Shown one piece after another: positions 10,831 through 22,053 of a stretch of 58,164 nucleotides of DNA. This stretch comes from Bacilli bacterium (GTDB taxonomy: Bacteria; Bacillota_I; Bacilli_A; JAJDGJ01), in NCBI GenBank assembly GCA_031289255.1, contig JAITPW010000084.1, positions 1-58,164 of the forward strand, read 5' to 3'. Position numbers and translations under genes: made by a program. The notes beneath the pieces were generated by a model. The model made no database searches. It saw only the letters and a program-made list of their open reading frames with translations, and was not told where the DNA came from. Every line of letters starts with the position of its first letter. Within the stretch, counting starts at the first letter, position 1.

Positions 10831-11787
10831 CTAAACATGATATTCAATGATTTTATCAAGACTAAAACCTCTTAATAATAAATTTTCACTAACAACTTGA
10901 CTTAATTCTTCTAGGCTATAAGTAGCTAGTTGTTGAGAATCACGCATTTTTAAGTAATAAGCAGCTATATCTTCAAGACAAGCTCTTGGTACTAAACCAA
11001 TAAATTCTGAACCGGTTATTTTAATATCAAATCTTTGTGCTTCCATCTTAACCGCTTCAAAAGCACGATAAACACTTGTTCTTGTAAAATCAGTAACATT
11101 CATTGTTACTTGGACAAAATCCGCCATTACCGCTGGTCCAGCTTGAATACATTGATATCCTCCTCCAGTTAATCTAATCGCTTTAGCAATATAAGCACAA
11201 GCTTCTTTATCCATGGTTTGACAATCAATATTATAAGCGATTAAGAAAGGACGACATCCTATTGCTACAACACCAGCCGTTGGATGAATCTCATTCTTAC
11301 CATAATCAGGATACCATTGTGGATCTTTTAGTTTAGCTGCCATTCCTTCAAATTCACCTTTTCGAATATTAGGTAATTTCTCACGTTCTGGCGATGTTGC
11401 ACTTTGATTATATAAAAAGACTGGTACATCATATAAATCACTAACTAATTGAGCACATTCTTTTGATAAAACCACCGTTTCTTCAATACTCATATTCCTA
11501 ATCGGGATGAAGGGAACAACATCAGTTGCTCCCATTCTTTTATGTTCTCCCTGATGATGGTTTAAATCAATCTCTTTAGTCGCAATCCCAATTGCCTGAA
11601 CAATAGCTTGTTTAACTGCTTCTGGTTCACCAATAACCGTTACCACGGTACGATTATAGATGGCATCTGGTTCAACACCAACTAATTTAACATGCTCCTT
11701 ATTTTTTAAAGGGGCAACAATTCTTGCAATTTTTTCAAGGTCTTGACCCTCGGAAAAATTAGGGACACATTCAACAATTTTATTCAT
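10831..11787 (-). CDS. ftcD: glutamate formimidoyltransferase (FtcD N-terminal domain type)
   Basis: It carries the N-terminal signature IVECVPNFSEG. The ORF track starts it at 11802, but ATG 11787 (MNKIVECVPNF) is preceded by GGTGG and is the likelier start. Confidence 0.85.
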   Translation of the reverse strand: MNKIVECVPNFSEGQDLEKIARIVAPLKNKEHVKLVGVEPDAIYNRTVVTVIGEPEAVKQAIVQAIGIATKEIDLNHHQGEHKRMGATDVVPFIPIRNMSIEETVVLSKECAQLVSDLYDVPVFLYNQSATSPEREKLPNIRKGEFEGMAAKLKDPQWYPDYGKNEIHPTAGVVAIGCRPFLIAYNIDCQTMDKEACAYIAKAIRLTGGGYQCIQAGPAVMADFVQVTMNVTDFTRTSVYRAFEAVKMEAQRFDIKITGSEFIGLVPRACLEDIAAYYLKMRDSQQLATYSLEELSQVVSENLLLRGFSLDKIIEYHV

Positions 11788-11802
11788 CTTTTCAACCACC
11801 AT

Positions 11803-13824
11803 TTATTTATTATATTTTTTTATTACTTCTTGAACAAAGGCTCTATCACTAACATAAGGCAAGGTAATATGATCTTTACCTTTCATTTGGGCATTATATT
11901 CGATACAAGTTTCAATACTAGCTTCATTACGAGCCCAATTACGACGAGCTACGCCACCCATAACATCCCATAACATTGCTTCATATAAGATATTATCGAC
12001 TCTTTCACTACCATCTAAAACCATCCCAAAGCCACCGTTAATTGATTTACCTACACCAACACCACCACCATTATGTAAAGCAATTAAGCTCATACCACGA
12101 GCCGCATTACCCGCATAACAATGTGTTGCCATTTCGGCCATAACATTAGACCCATCATTAATATTGGAAGTTTCACGGAAAGGACTATCCGTTCCCGAAA
12201 CATCATGATGATCTCTTCCTAACATAATAGGACCAACTTCTTTATTACGAACCATTTCATTAAATTTTAATGCGATATTAGTACGTCCCCAAGCATCTTG
12301 ATAAAGAATACGGCACTTGGTTCCTACAACTAAATTATTTTTCTTAGCATCTTTTATCCATTTCCAATTATCATAATCTTGAAAACGACGATTTGGATCG
12401 ATTATATGACAAGCAGCATCGTCCGTTTTATCTAAATCTTCATCTTTACCAGATAGACAACACCATCTAAAAGGTCCATAACCATAATCAAATAACATTG
12501 GGCCTAAAATATCTTCAACATAACTAGGCCAAATAAATCCATCTAAATCATTAAGACCATTCTTAGAAATTTCTTTAATACCACTATCATAAATAGCTTT
12601 CATAAAAGAATTACCATAATCAAAAAAGTAAGTACCTTTACTAGTTAATTTCTTAATAATTTCAAAATGGCGACGTAAAGACTCATTAATTAACTGATGA
12701 AATTGCTCATGATCTTCAGCTAATAATCTTGTTCTTTCTTCAAAAGTTATCCCTACTGGACAGTATCCACCATCATAAGCTTCATGACATGATGTTTGAT
12801 CAGATAATAAATCAATATGAATATCATTTTCATAAGCATATTCTAATAAATCAATTATATTACCAAGAAAGGCAATAGCGGTTGCTTCTTTATTCTCTTT
12901 AGCTTTTAAGGCCACACGGAAAGCTTCTTCACAAGTACGAGTAACACAATCAACCCATCCTTGTTCATAACGAGTATTAATTCTTGACTCATCTACTTCA
13001 GCTACTAGCGCAACTCCATTCGCAATTTTACCAGCTTTACCTTGGGCTCCTGACATTCCTCCTAAGCCACTAGTTACAAATAATAAACCATTCATATCAT
13101 GAGCATCATCTTTAATTAAACGAGAAGCATTTAATAGGGTATTATAGGTCCCATGAACAATTCCTTGTGGTCCGATATACATCCAACCTCCAGCTGTCAT
13201 CTGTCCATAATTAGCAACTCCTAGAGCTGTTAATCTTTTGAAATCTTCTGAACTACTAAACTGACCAATCGTTAGCCCATTGGTAATCATAACGCGGGGA
13301 GCTGTTTTATGAGAATGAAATAAACCGACCGGATGACCTGATTGTAATACTAAAGTTTGTTCATCATTCATTGCAATTAAATATTTTTTTACTAATTGAT
13401 ATTGCATCCAATTTTGAAATACTTGTCCTGATTCACCGTAAGTTACTAGTTCATATGGATATAAAGCAATTTCAAATGATAGATTATTATCAATCATTAC
13501 TTGACATGCTTTCCCTTCAATGGTCTTACCATCATATTCATCAATAGCCTGTGGTACAATGGCCCCTACTGGACGAAAACGATAACCATATATTCTTCCC
13601 ATAGTCATTAACTCATCTAAAAATTCAGGAGCTAACATTTCATGATATTCTTCAGGAATATACCGCAAAGCATTCATTAATGCTAATTCGATATCACTTT
13701 CGCTTAAAGTTAATTCTCTTTTAGGAGCTCTTCTGATACCTTGGACAAATTCAGGAATCTCATTAGGAATGTAATCTAATTTAATATCCATCCCTTTTTT
13801 TATATCGACATTTGTTAAAGCCAT
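11803..13824 (-). CDS. hutU: urocanate hydratase
   Basis: 673 aa with LGGMSGAQ and other urocanase-typical blocks. Confidence 0.95.
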   Translation of the reverse strand: MALTNVDIKKGMDIKLDYIPNEIPEFVQGIRRAPKRELTLSESDIELALMNALRYIPEEYHEMLAPEFLDELMTMGRIYGYRFRPVGAIVPQAIDEYDGKTIEGKACQVMIDNNLSFEIALYPYELVTYGESGQVFQNWMQYQLVKKYLIAMNDEQTLVLQSGHPVGLFHSHKTAPRVMITNGLTIGQFSSSEDFKRLTALGVANYGQMTAGGWMYIGPQGIVHGTYNTLLNASRLIKDDAHDMNGLLFVTSGLGGMSGAQGKAGKIANGVALVAEVDESRINTRYEQGWVDCVTRTCEEAFRVALKAKENKEATAIAFLGNIIDLLEYAYENDIHIDLLSDQTSCHEAYDGGYCPVGITFEERTRLLAEDHEQFHQLINESLRRHFEIIKKLTSKGTYFFDYGNSFMKAIYDSGIKEISKNGLNDLDGFIWPSYVEDILGPMLFDYGYGPFRWCCLSGKDEDLDKTDDAACHIIDPNRRFQDYDNWKWIKDAKKNNLVVGTKCRILYQDAWGRTNIALKFNEMVRNKEVGPIMLGRDHHDVSGTDSPFRETSNINDGSNVMAEMATHCYAGNAARGMSLIALHNGGGVGVGKSINGGFGMVLDGSERVDNILYEAMLWDVMGGVARRNWARNEASIETCIEYNAQMKGKDHITLPYVSDRAFVQEVIKKYNK

Positions 13825-13839
13825 TACCTTACCTACTTT

Positions 13840-15372
13840 CTAAATTTCCAATAAGTCAATTTTCTTTTCAACTTCATCAACAATAAGATGAGAAGTAACT
13901 AATTCATCAATTTTAAGCATATCTGGTTTCATAACACGATCATTTTTCATATATGATACTTTTGAACGAACTAAATCATAAGCAATTTTAGACCCTTTTC
14001 CTAAAGTATCTACTTTACGAATATCAATACCTTGGCAAGCTGCATATAATTCCATACTTAATACATATTGTAAGTTAGTAAGAATTTCACGAGCTTTACG
14101 AGCAGCAATTGTTCCCATTGAAACATGATCTTCTTGATTAGCACAAGATGGAATACTATCAACACTAGCTGGATGAGCTAAAATTTTATTTTCACTTACT
14201 AAAGCAGCAGCAGAATATTGAACAATCATAAAACCACTATTTAATCCTGATTTTTTTACTAAGAAAGCTGGTAAGCCATTAGATAAGGCTGGATTTACTA
14301 ATCTTTCAATACGACGTTCTGAAATATTAGCAAGTTCGCTTAAAGCAATTCCTAAAAAATCAAAAGGTAAAGCCATTGGTTGTCCATGGAAGTTTCCACC
14401 ACTAATAACATCATTAGTATCTGGGAAAATCAAAGGATTATCTGTCGCAGCATTTAATTCTATTTCAACTTTTCCTTTAACATAGTTAATCGCATCTTTA
14501 CTAGCTCCATGTATTTGTGGTAAACATCTTAAGGCATAAGCATCTTGAACTCGTAAATCACCTTGTCTAGTAACACTATTACTTCCTTCAACTAATTTTA
14601 ATAAATTTTTAGCGGTCGCAATTTGTCCAATGTGACCTCTTACTTCTTGAATGCGAGGATCATAAGCATCAGTAATACCACGTAAAGCTTCAAGGGTAAC
14701 TGAAGCACAAATATCGGCAAGTTTTACCGTTTTAATGGCATCATATACAGCTAAAGCTCCTACACTAGTCATCGCTTGGGTTCCGTTATTTAAACCTAAA
14801 CCTTCTTTACTAGATAAGGTAATGGTTGCTAGACCGGCTTTTTTCATGCCGATTTTACCACTAAACTTCTTACCTTGATAGTAAACTTCACCATAACCTA
14901 ACATTGGTAAAATAACATGCGATAATGGTGCTAAGTCTCCTGAAGATCCTAAGCTTCCTTTTTCAGGTACAACAGGAATAACTCCTTCATTTAACATATC
15001 TAATAATAATTGGACAGTGCTTACTCTAACTCCAGAATGACCTTTAGCAATTGAGTTAGCACGCAATAACATAATACCGCGAACTACTTCAATAGGAAAA
15101 GGATTACCTACTCCAACAGCATGAGTAATAATTAAATTTTCTTGTAGTTTTGAAGTATCTTTTTTGTTGATTGTTACTTCACTTAAAAAACCAAATCCAG
15201 TCGTAATACCATAACGAACTACATCATGTTCAACAAAATGTTCAACTAAATCACGACTAGTTTGCATTGCTGCAACAGCTTCATTACTAAATTCTACTTT
15301 AGCTTCATGACGTGCTACTGCAACGAAATCTTCAAGAGTTAAACTCTTGCCATCAATAATAATTTTTTTCAT
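13840..15372 (-). CDS. hutH: histidine ammonia-lyase
   Basis: It has the MIO-region motif GSLGSSGDLAPLSH. The start is most likely ATG 15372 (MKKIIIDG), because GGAGG lies inside the upstream TTG-started extension. Confidence 0.95.
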   Translation of the reverse strand: MKKIIIDGKSLTLEDFVAVARHEAKVEFSNEAVAAMQTSRDLVEHFVEHDVVRYGITTGFGFLSEVTINKKDTSKLQENLIITHAVGVGNPFPIEVVRGIMLLRANSIAKGHSGVRVSTVQLLLDMLNEGVIPVVPEKGSLGSSGDLAPLSHVILPMLGYGEVYYQGKKFSGKIGMKKAGLATITLSSKEGLGLNNGTQAMTSVGALAVYDAIKTVKLADICASVTLEALRGITDAYDPRIQEVRGHIGQIATAKNLLKLVEGSNSVTRQGDLRVQDAYALRCLPQIHGASKDAINYVKGKVEIELNAATDNPLIFPDTNDVISGGNFHGQPMALPFDFLGIALSELANISERRIERLVNPALSNGLPAFLVKKSGLNSGFMIVQYSAAALVSENKILAHPASVDSIPSCANQEDHVSMGTIAARKAREILTNLQYVLSMELYAACQGIDIRKVDTLGKGSKIAYDLVRSKVSYMKNDRVMKPDMLKIDELVTSHLIVDEVEKKIDLLEI

Positions 15373-15624
15373 TATTTTATCCTCCAAAATAAATTATATT
15401 TTCATTATAGTACAACTAACTTTTTTTACAAGTATTATCATTTTAATTTCTTATTTTATTATTAAATAATGGTATAATAATCCCCTAAAATATTTAATAA
15501 CTACTATTTAAAATATTTTAATAACATTTTGGTTTACATAATATTTGTAAATGATAATAATAATTTATTTATAGTATTAGTTAATAATTTATTTATGTTA
15601 TAATTGAAAAAAGAGGGTGTTGAA

Positions 15625-16326
15625 ATGTCATATATTGAGATTAAGGACTTAAAAAAAATATATGAAATGGGAAGTATTAAAATTAAGGCTTTAAATGGTA
15701 TTAATCTAAATATTAATAAAGGAGAATTAGTAATTATTGTTGGTCAAAGTGGAGCTGGTAAGACGACCCTTTTAAATATTATTGGAGGGATGGATAGTGC
15801 CAGTAGTGGTTGTTTAACCATTGATAAGCAAGATATCACTAAATTTAATAATAAGAAACTAACTAAATATCGTCGTCATGATATTGGTTTTGTTTTTCAA
15901 TTTTATAATTTAATACCTAATATAACCACCTTAGAAAATGTCGAAATGGCAAAGGAAGTTGCTTTAGATCCTTTTAATGCTCGTAAAATATTAAAATTAG
16001 TAGGTCTAGAAGATCGTCTTAATAATTTCCCCGCTCAATTATCTGGTGGCCAACAGCAACGGGTTGCGATTGCTCGTGCTTTAGTTAAAAATCCCAAGTT
16101 AATGCTTTGTGATGAACCAACTGGAGCCCTTGATTTTGAAACAGGTAAAAATATTTTAAAAATCCTACAAGCGATGAGTAGAAATTTAGGAATGAGTATT
16201 ATTATTATTACTCATAATCATGCTATTGAAGCTATTGGTGATCATATTATTCATATGAAAGATGGTTTAATATATAATGAATATTATAATGAAAATCCGC
16301 AAAATATTGATGAAGTTGAGTGGTAA
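15625..16326 (+). CDS. ABC transporter ATP-binding protein (MacB/LolD-like)
   Basis: Walker [10 protein letters not shown], signature LSGGQQQR, Walker B LMLCDEPT. The start is ATG 15625 after AGAGGGTG. Confidence 0.9.
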   Translation: MSYIEIKDLKKIYEMGSIKIKALNGINLNINKGELVIIVGQSGAGKTTLLNIIGGMDSASSGCLTIDKQDITKFNNKKLTKYRRHDIGFVFQFYNLIPNITTLENVEMAKEVALDPFNARKILKLVGLEDRLNNFPAQLSGGQQQRVAIARALVKNPKLMLCDEPTGALDFETGKNILKILQAMSRNLGMSIIIITHNHAIEAIGDHIIHMKDGLIYNEYYNENPQNIDEVEW

Positions 16327-16328
16327 AA

Positions 16329-18686
16329 ATGTTAAAGATTATTTTTAAATTACTATTTTCTAAAATAAATAATACTAAATCACAATTCTTCTCTTTAGTA
16401 ATGATTTGTGCTATTGGGGTAGCTATGTATGTTGGGGTTTTAGATGTTTCAAAAATGATGCAACAAAATGCTCAAGCTTATTTTGATAAACAAAAAGCCA
16501 GTGATATTGAAGTATTAACCCCTTTTTTAATTACGGATCAAAAAATAGATGATCTTATTAAACTGGATAATAGTATTAATTATGAAAAATATCGTATTCT
16601 TGATGTTAAGGCTGATTATGATAGTCATGAATATATTGCGAAAATACAGACAAATCTTCATTATAATATCCCCTATTTAGTTAAAGGTAAACAAATAAGG
16701 GAAGATAATGATTGTTATGTTGATGCTAATAATGATAATTTACTAAATAAGAAGATTAAGATTAATCTTAATGGCACTACTAAACAATGTCTTGTTGTTG
16801 GTTTAGTTGATAGTCCTCAATATTTAAGTATAAAGTATCGTGGTTATAGTAGTATTAGTCCATCGAAAATTAATCTTATTATTTATTCTCAAGAAAGTTA
16901 TACCGATGATTATTTTAAAAATATGCCTCTACCAAGTAAATATAATGCTTTAAGCATTAGTTATCCTAATAAAACAAGTAATAATACTTTTACTAATAAT
17001 TATCAAGATTTTGTGGATAAAAAACTTAAGATAATAAAAAAAGTTTTTAATGAAGACTACTTAACTAGTCGTTTTGATAATAAAAGCATTGATGCTTTTT
17101 ATATCGATTCGGAACGGATTAAAGAAATTGGGGCTATTTTTCCCATAATCTTCTTTTTAGTAACAGCTTTAGTTTGTTCTAGTGCTATGACTCGTAATAT
17201 TCAAGATGATCGCATGTTAATGGGTACCATTAGTTCAATGGGTTATTCTAATATAATTAGTATCTTTGTTTATTTTCTCTATGCTTTTTTATCCACAATT
17301 ATCGGTAGTATAATGGGATTCTTTATCGGTTTTCATTTAATCCCACCTACTGTCATGAAATCATATAGTATTCTTTATTCATTACCTAATACTAAAGTTT
17401 ATTATGATTTTGATATTAGTTTACAAGCTCTAGGTATCACTTTAACTTTAATTATTATTACTACCCTTGTGATATCGTTCAAAGAGACTCATCAAAAACC
17501 AGCTCAATTATTACGACCTAAAACACCGATTCAAGGTAAAAAAATTCTTATTGAAAAAATTAATTTTTTATGGAAAAGATTGAAGTTTTTAAGTAAAGTT
17601 AATCTAAGAAATATCTTTCGTTATAAAAAGAGATTACTGATGAGTATTCTAGCCATTATGGGTTGTAGTGGTTTATTAATGACTGGTTTAGGAATATTAT
17701 CTTCAGTAGAACCTATCATCGATAAACAATTTAGTGATATCTATCATTATCAAGCTCTTGCTTATACTGATTCAGTTAGTAAAACAACTATTAATGATTA
17801 TATTAAAGATGTTAAGAAACTTAAAAATCTTGAGCAAGTTCTCGCTACTTATCGTTTAAATGGAACTATTAATATTAATAATAAAGCTAATGATATTACG
17901 ATTATTAGTCCTGAGAGTGCACAACAATTAAATAAAATAATTACTTTTAATAAGAGTTTTACTGATAATAGTGTTATTGTGACAAGGAAGATTGCGGATA
18001 AATTACATTTAAAGAGCAATGATAATTTAAGAATTACTTATCAAGATGAAGACTATGTAATTAAAATTACTGGTATTACTGATAATTATGTCGGTAATTA
18101 TCTATACATTAATCATAACCAATTTACTAAGAGCTTTAAGATTAATAAATATAATACTTTATATTTGAAATTAAGTAATACTAAAGATAAAGATGTTTTA
18201 AAGAAACTTGAAGATTACTCATTTATTAAAGCTATTGATGATGATAGTTTTCTTCAAGATATAGTTGCTAAATCATTAGCAAGTATTAATAACTTGGTTT
18301 ATATTATGATTGCTTTTGCAGGTTTTTTAGTAATAATTGTTTCTTTTAGTTTAACAAGTATCAATATTATTGAAAGAAAACGCGAACTAGCAACTTTGAA
18401 AGTCTTAGGATTTAATAATTTAGAAGTATCTAACTATGTTTTAAAAGAAAATCTTATTCTAAGTATCTTAGGTCTTAGTATCGGGCTTGTTTTTGGTACT
18501 TATTTACATCATTATATTATGTCTCATATTGAAGCTAATGATATTTATTTTATTCAAGAACAACCACTTATTAATTACATTATTGCCTTTGTCATAACTA
18601 TCATTTTTACTTTAATTGTCAATATAATTATGAAGAGCCAAATTAAAAAGATTGATATGGTTGAATCTTTAAAATCAATTGAATAA
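16329..18686 (+). CDS. FtsX/MacB-type ABC permease with two permease halves and two large extracytoplasmic domains
   Basis: About 785 aa. Two long hydrophilic stretches are each followed by clusters of TM helices. The gene is translationally coupled to the ATPase (its ATG follows the upstream TAA by 2 nt). Confidence 0.8.
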   Translation: MLKIIFKLLFSKINNTKSQFFSLVMICAIGVAMYVGVLDVSKMMQQNAQAYFDKQKASDIEVLTPFLITDQKIDDLIKLDNSINYEKYRILDVKADYDSHEYIAKIQTNLHYNIPYLVKGKQIREDNDCYVDANNDNLLNKKIKINLNGTTKQCLVVGLVDSPQYLSIKYRGYSSISPSKINLIIYSQESYTDDYFKNMPLPSKYNALSISYPNKTSNNTFTNNYQDFVDKKLKIIKKVFNEDYLTSRFDNKSIDAFYIDSERIKEIGAIFPIIFFLVTALVCSSAMTRNIQDDRMLMGTISSMGYSNIISIFVYFLYAFLSTIIGSIMGFFIGFHLIPPTVMKSYSILYSLPNTKVYYDFDISLQALGITLTLIIITTLVISFKETHQKPAQLLRPKTPIQGKKILIEKINFLWKRLKFLSKVNLRNIFRYKKRLLMSILAIMGCSGLLMTGLGILSSVEPIIDKQFSDIYHYQALAYTDSVSKTTINDYIKDVKKLKNLEQVLATYRLNGTININNKANDITIISPESAQQLNKIITFNKSFTDNSVIVTRKIADKLHLKSNDNLRITYQDEDYVIKITGITDNYVGNYLYINHNQFTKSFKINKYNTLYLKLSNTKDKDVLKKLEDYSFIKAIDDDSFLQDIVAKSLASINNLVYIMIAFAGFLVIIVSFSLTSINIIERKRELATLKVLGFNNLEVSNYVLKENLILSILGLSIGLVFGTYLHHYIMSHIEANDIYFIQEQPLINYIIAFVITIIFTLIVNIIMKSQIKKIDMVESLKSIE

Positions 18687-18693
18687 CCATAAT

Positions 18694-18731
18694 AAAAAGA
18701 GTAATTATTCTTATAAATAACTACTCTTTTA
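18694..18731. terminator. bidirectional intrinsic terminator between convergent ABC loci
   Basis: AAAAGAGTA ... TACTCTTTT forms a long imperfect hairpin flanked by A- and T-runs. Confidence 0.7.
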
Positions 18732-18736
18732 TTATA

Positions 18737-20404
18737 TTATTTTTCTTGAATTTGACTCATGAATCTTTTAGTAAGTTTATTGTAGACAAAGATTAATACG
18801 AACAGTAATAATATAAAGAAGCCTGCTAAACTAAAGGCTAGGACTTTAATATCTTGCGTATTAATATAAAGTAAAGCACTCATTGCATAAATGACACCCA
18901 TTAAAACAAAGCTACATACCATGTTTAAAATAATAGGACGACTTCTTTTAACAACGACTGTTTCTGATTCCCAATCAAAATTATAAAAACGTAAATCGAT
19001 ACAGATTGGAATTAGGATTGTTGCTAAAGTAACTATTATAATAGTTAGTATTGCAATTCCCATATAAGTAATGTTAATGCTTAACATACTCATCGCAATA
19101 ATAATAAAAATAAATAAGGTGAAAAAATCAACCAAGAAATGAAATAATACTTTGCCAAAAAAAGCTTTAGTAAAGTTAATTGGTAATGATTGAATGATTT
19201 TAATATTTTTAGCTTCACGACTTAAAGAAGAAGCAGCTCCATTATTAAAGAGGGTAAAAAAGGTTCCAATACTAATTACAATAACAATAACTAAGGGAAT
19301 ACTAAGCAAACTATTAATATTTATACTGGCCATTTCTTCTTTTAAGCCATTAATAAAATATTGATAAGCCATTATTCCTAGATAAATAACAACAACTATA
19401 ATATTTCCAAATAAAGTATTAAAAAAGTAAGTAGTGTTTCTGGTTAGTTCTTTAAACTCTTTCATAAAAAACCACTTTGTCATCGAATTGTTCTGCATCT
19501 TAACATTAGTTTTATTTTTTCTTTTAAAAATACTGCCCCCTTCATTAAAACCAATAACTCCAGGATAATATACTTTACTAAAATATATGATACTTAAATA
19601 ACCACCAATACTAAGAACTAACATGATGATAAAATTAAATATATCATGATGATTAAGAACACTAACTCCTAAATTAGCATAAAAGAAAACAGGCTTAATC
19701 TTGTTCATAATACCAGTTACACTGGCAATAAGGGCTTGAATATCTTCATTTTCACCACCAGTTTGCGTAATTATTAGAAAACTAATATAAATAGCAAAAA
19801 TAATAGCCATATATAAGCCAACTACTAAATATTTGGCAAGTACTTTATTTTTTAGTTTATTAACAAAGAACATTATTGTTCCAATTATTACATTTGCAAA
19901 ATAAATCATAATAATAGGTAATGTTAGAAAATAAAACAATGCTGAAAGCAATGATATTGGTGAGAACCCACCATAAACAAAATATAAAGCTAGAAATGGT
20001 AGAAAAACAATACCACATATTAAAATGACATTATAATAAATAAAAACAAGTTTAGTATTAATAAATGTTTTTGGATTTATTGGTAAGACAAGATAGTTAT
20101 TAATATTCTTATCTAAGTAACAATAAGCATACATATATCCAAAGACGCTAATAAAGCAAATTGTATACATTATATAAAAACCAATAATTAAGAATATTAT
20201 CCCTAAATTAAACATTGGGATAAGTTTTTTAATATCATCACTATAAATTATTAAGGGTGATATTATGGCACAGACAGAACCGATAATAACAACAAAAAGA
20301 AATAAAGTAAATAATGATTTTTTTAGTTTGGAAGTCTTCAGAAGTCTAATCGATTGGGTATCTTTATGGAAAATATTGAATAATATTTTACTAAACATTA
20401 GCAC
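18737..20404 (-). CDS. large polytopic putative ABC exporter permease
   Basis: 555 aa and extremely hydrophobic (at least 12 predicted TM segments). It overlaps the end of the upstream ABC ATPase gene by 14 nt. Confidence 0.65.
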   Translation of the reverse strand: MLMFSKILFNIFHKDTQSIRLLKTSKLKKSLFTLFLFVVIIGSVCAIISPLIIYSDDIKKLIPMFNLGIIFLIIGFYIMYTICFISVFGYMYAYCYLDKNINNYLVLPINPKTFINTKLVFIYYNVILICGIVFLPFLALYFVYGGFSPISLLSALFYFLTLPIIMIYFANVIIGTIMFFVNKLKNKVLAKYLVVGLYMAIIFAIYISFLIITQTGGENEDIQALIASVTGIMNKIKPVFFYANLGVSVLNHHDIFNFIIMLVLSIGGYLSIIYFSKVYYPGVIGFNEGGSIFKRKNKTNVKMQNNSMTKWFFMKEFKELTRNTTYFFNTLFGNIIVVVIYLGIMAYQYFINGLKEEMASININSLLSIPLVIVIVISIGTFFTLFNNGAASSLSREAKNIKIIQSLPINFTKAFFGKVLFHFLVDFFTLFIFIIIAMSMLSINITYMGIAILTIIIVTLATILIPICIDLRFYNFDWESETVVVKRSRPIILNMVCSFVLMGVIYAMSALLYINTQDIKVLAFSLAGFFILLLFVLIFVYNKLTKRFMSQIQEK

Positions 20405-21122
20405 TGATGATAGTTAAGAAAATATCTTCTAAACTAATTCCTTCTTGATATTTAGCTTTTAAATCTTCTAAAGACCCCTGATATACTATTTGTCCTTGAT
20501 TAATGATGATGATTTCATCACATAATTTTTCAGCTACTTCCAAAACATGAGTTGAAAAAAGAACGGTATTTCCTTTATTAGCATGATCTCTCATTGAATC
20601 TTTTAAAATACGACTTGCTTGCGGGTCTAGCCCTGTTAATGGTTCATCTAATAATAAGACTTTAGGATCATGAATTAAAGCCCCAATTACAACAATCTTT
20701 TGTCTCATGCCATGTGAATAAGAATCAATTAATTGATTTAACTTATCATCCATTAAATACTCTTTACTTAAAGTAGCAATTCTTTCTTTTAAAAGACTAG
20801 GTTCGACTTTATAAGCATTACCAATAAAATTTAAATATTCATAACCTGTTAATTTCAAAAAAACATCAGGATTATCTTGAACATACGACATTTCCATTTT
20901 AGCCTCTAAGGCATCATGAATTATTGAATGATTATTAATCAAAATATCACCCTCTGAAGGACTTAATATCCCACTAATCATATTTAAAGTAGTACTTTTA
21001 CCAGCCCCATTAGGACCAATAAAACCAATAATTTTACCATCATCAATCGTTAAATTAACAGGAGCTACAGCAAACTTAGATGATCCTCCATACTTCTTCG
21101 AAATATTATTTAATTTAATCAT
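20391..21122 (-). CDS. ABC transporter ATP-binding protein (ABC-2 type)
   Basis: Walker A GPNGAGKST, signature YSHGMRQK, Walker B LLLDEPLTGLD. Confidence 0.9.
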   Translation of the reverse strand: MIKLNNISKKYGGSSKFAVAPVNLTIDDGKIIGFIGPNGAGKSTTLNMISGILSPSEGDILINNHSIIHDALEAKMEMSYVQDNPDVFLKLTGYEYLNFIGNAYKVEPSLLKERIATLSKEYLMDDKLNQLIDSYSHGMRQKIVVIGALIHDPKVLLLDEPLTGLDPQASRILKDSMRDHANKGNTVLFSTHVLEVAEKLCDEIIIINQGQIVYQGSLEDLKAKYQEGISLEDIFLTIISANV

Positions 21123-21160
21123 GCTATTTCTCCTTTTCCATTAATATTTTTTCATATTTT

Positions 21161-21949
21161 TTAATACGCTACACTAGCATTTTTAGCTGCTTGAGGAATA
21201 AGGATATTATCATTAGTTCCTCTTAATTTCACAATAAAAGGGCCAGCATTTTTTAAACCAATACTAGGTACTGATAGCTTTGCCGTAACTTCTAAGTTTG
21301 CATCTGAATTAGTTGGCATTTTAAATTCAACTGAAACTTTGATATCATTAAGGCTCTTATTAAATTCTTTTAATTCTTGTTCACTCATTTGTTGATCTTT
21401 AGGTAAAGTCTTATTATAAGCAAGTAGAGCTTCTTTGTCCATATCACCATTAATAAGATAGTAATTATCTTTTTTAGCATAAGAGCTATTTTTTAATGAT
21501 TCAAAGAAAACTTTGGTATCTTTATAATTGGCTTGAGGAAATTTATTAGTAATATCCAGATTATCTTCTGTAATACTCATTTTAAATTTCTGCCACATAC
21601 CCATCATATTAAGATAGACATACTCTTTATCAAAATACATCCCTATACCCATATTACCTCCAGCATTAGAACCATCTTTAAAGTCAAATTTCATTTCTGA
21701 AAGAAAATCTTTAATATTAATTTTCCCTTCACCATTCAACATTAAATTCATACTTTCTGGTACCATTTCTGATTTCTCTACTTTTAGTTGTCCATTAATT
21801 GTAAAATTAATGGTTTTCTTACTCGTTATATCATTAATTTTCTTAACATAAGCATTAATAGCTTCCTTTTTGATTGTTTCATCTTGTTTAACTCCACCAC
21901 ACCCAACAATAAGAAACAATCCTAATACTATACTTATTATTCTTTTCAT
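21161..21949 (-). CDS. lipoprotein of unknown function
   Basis: It has a signal peptide with the lipobox LIVGC. The likely start is ATG 21949, 9 nt after AAGGAG. Confidence 0.7.
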   Translation of the reverse strand: MKRIISIVLGLFLIVGCGGVKQDETIKKEAINAYVKKINDITSKKTINFTINGQLKVEKSEMVPESMNLMLNGEGKINIKDFLSEMKFDFKDGSNAGGNMGIGMYFDKEYVYLNMMGMWQKFKMSITEDNLDITNKFPQANYKDTKVFFESLKNSSYAKKDNYYLINGDMDKEALLAYNKTLPKDQQMSEQELKEFNKSLNDIKVSVEFKMPTNSDANLEVTAKLSVPSIGLKNAGPFIVKLRGTNDNILIPQAAKNASVAY

Positions 21950-22053
21950 TATTATCAACTCCTTAGGAATATTTTACCATAATATCTTATATAATATATA
22001 ATATTCTCAAAGAATTTTTAGCATTATAATTATTTTAAGTTAATTCTCTATCT

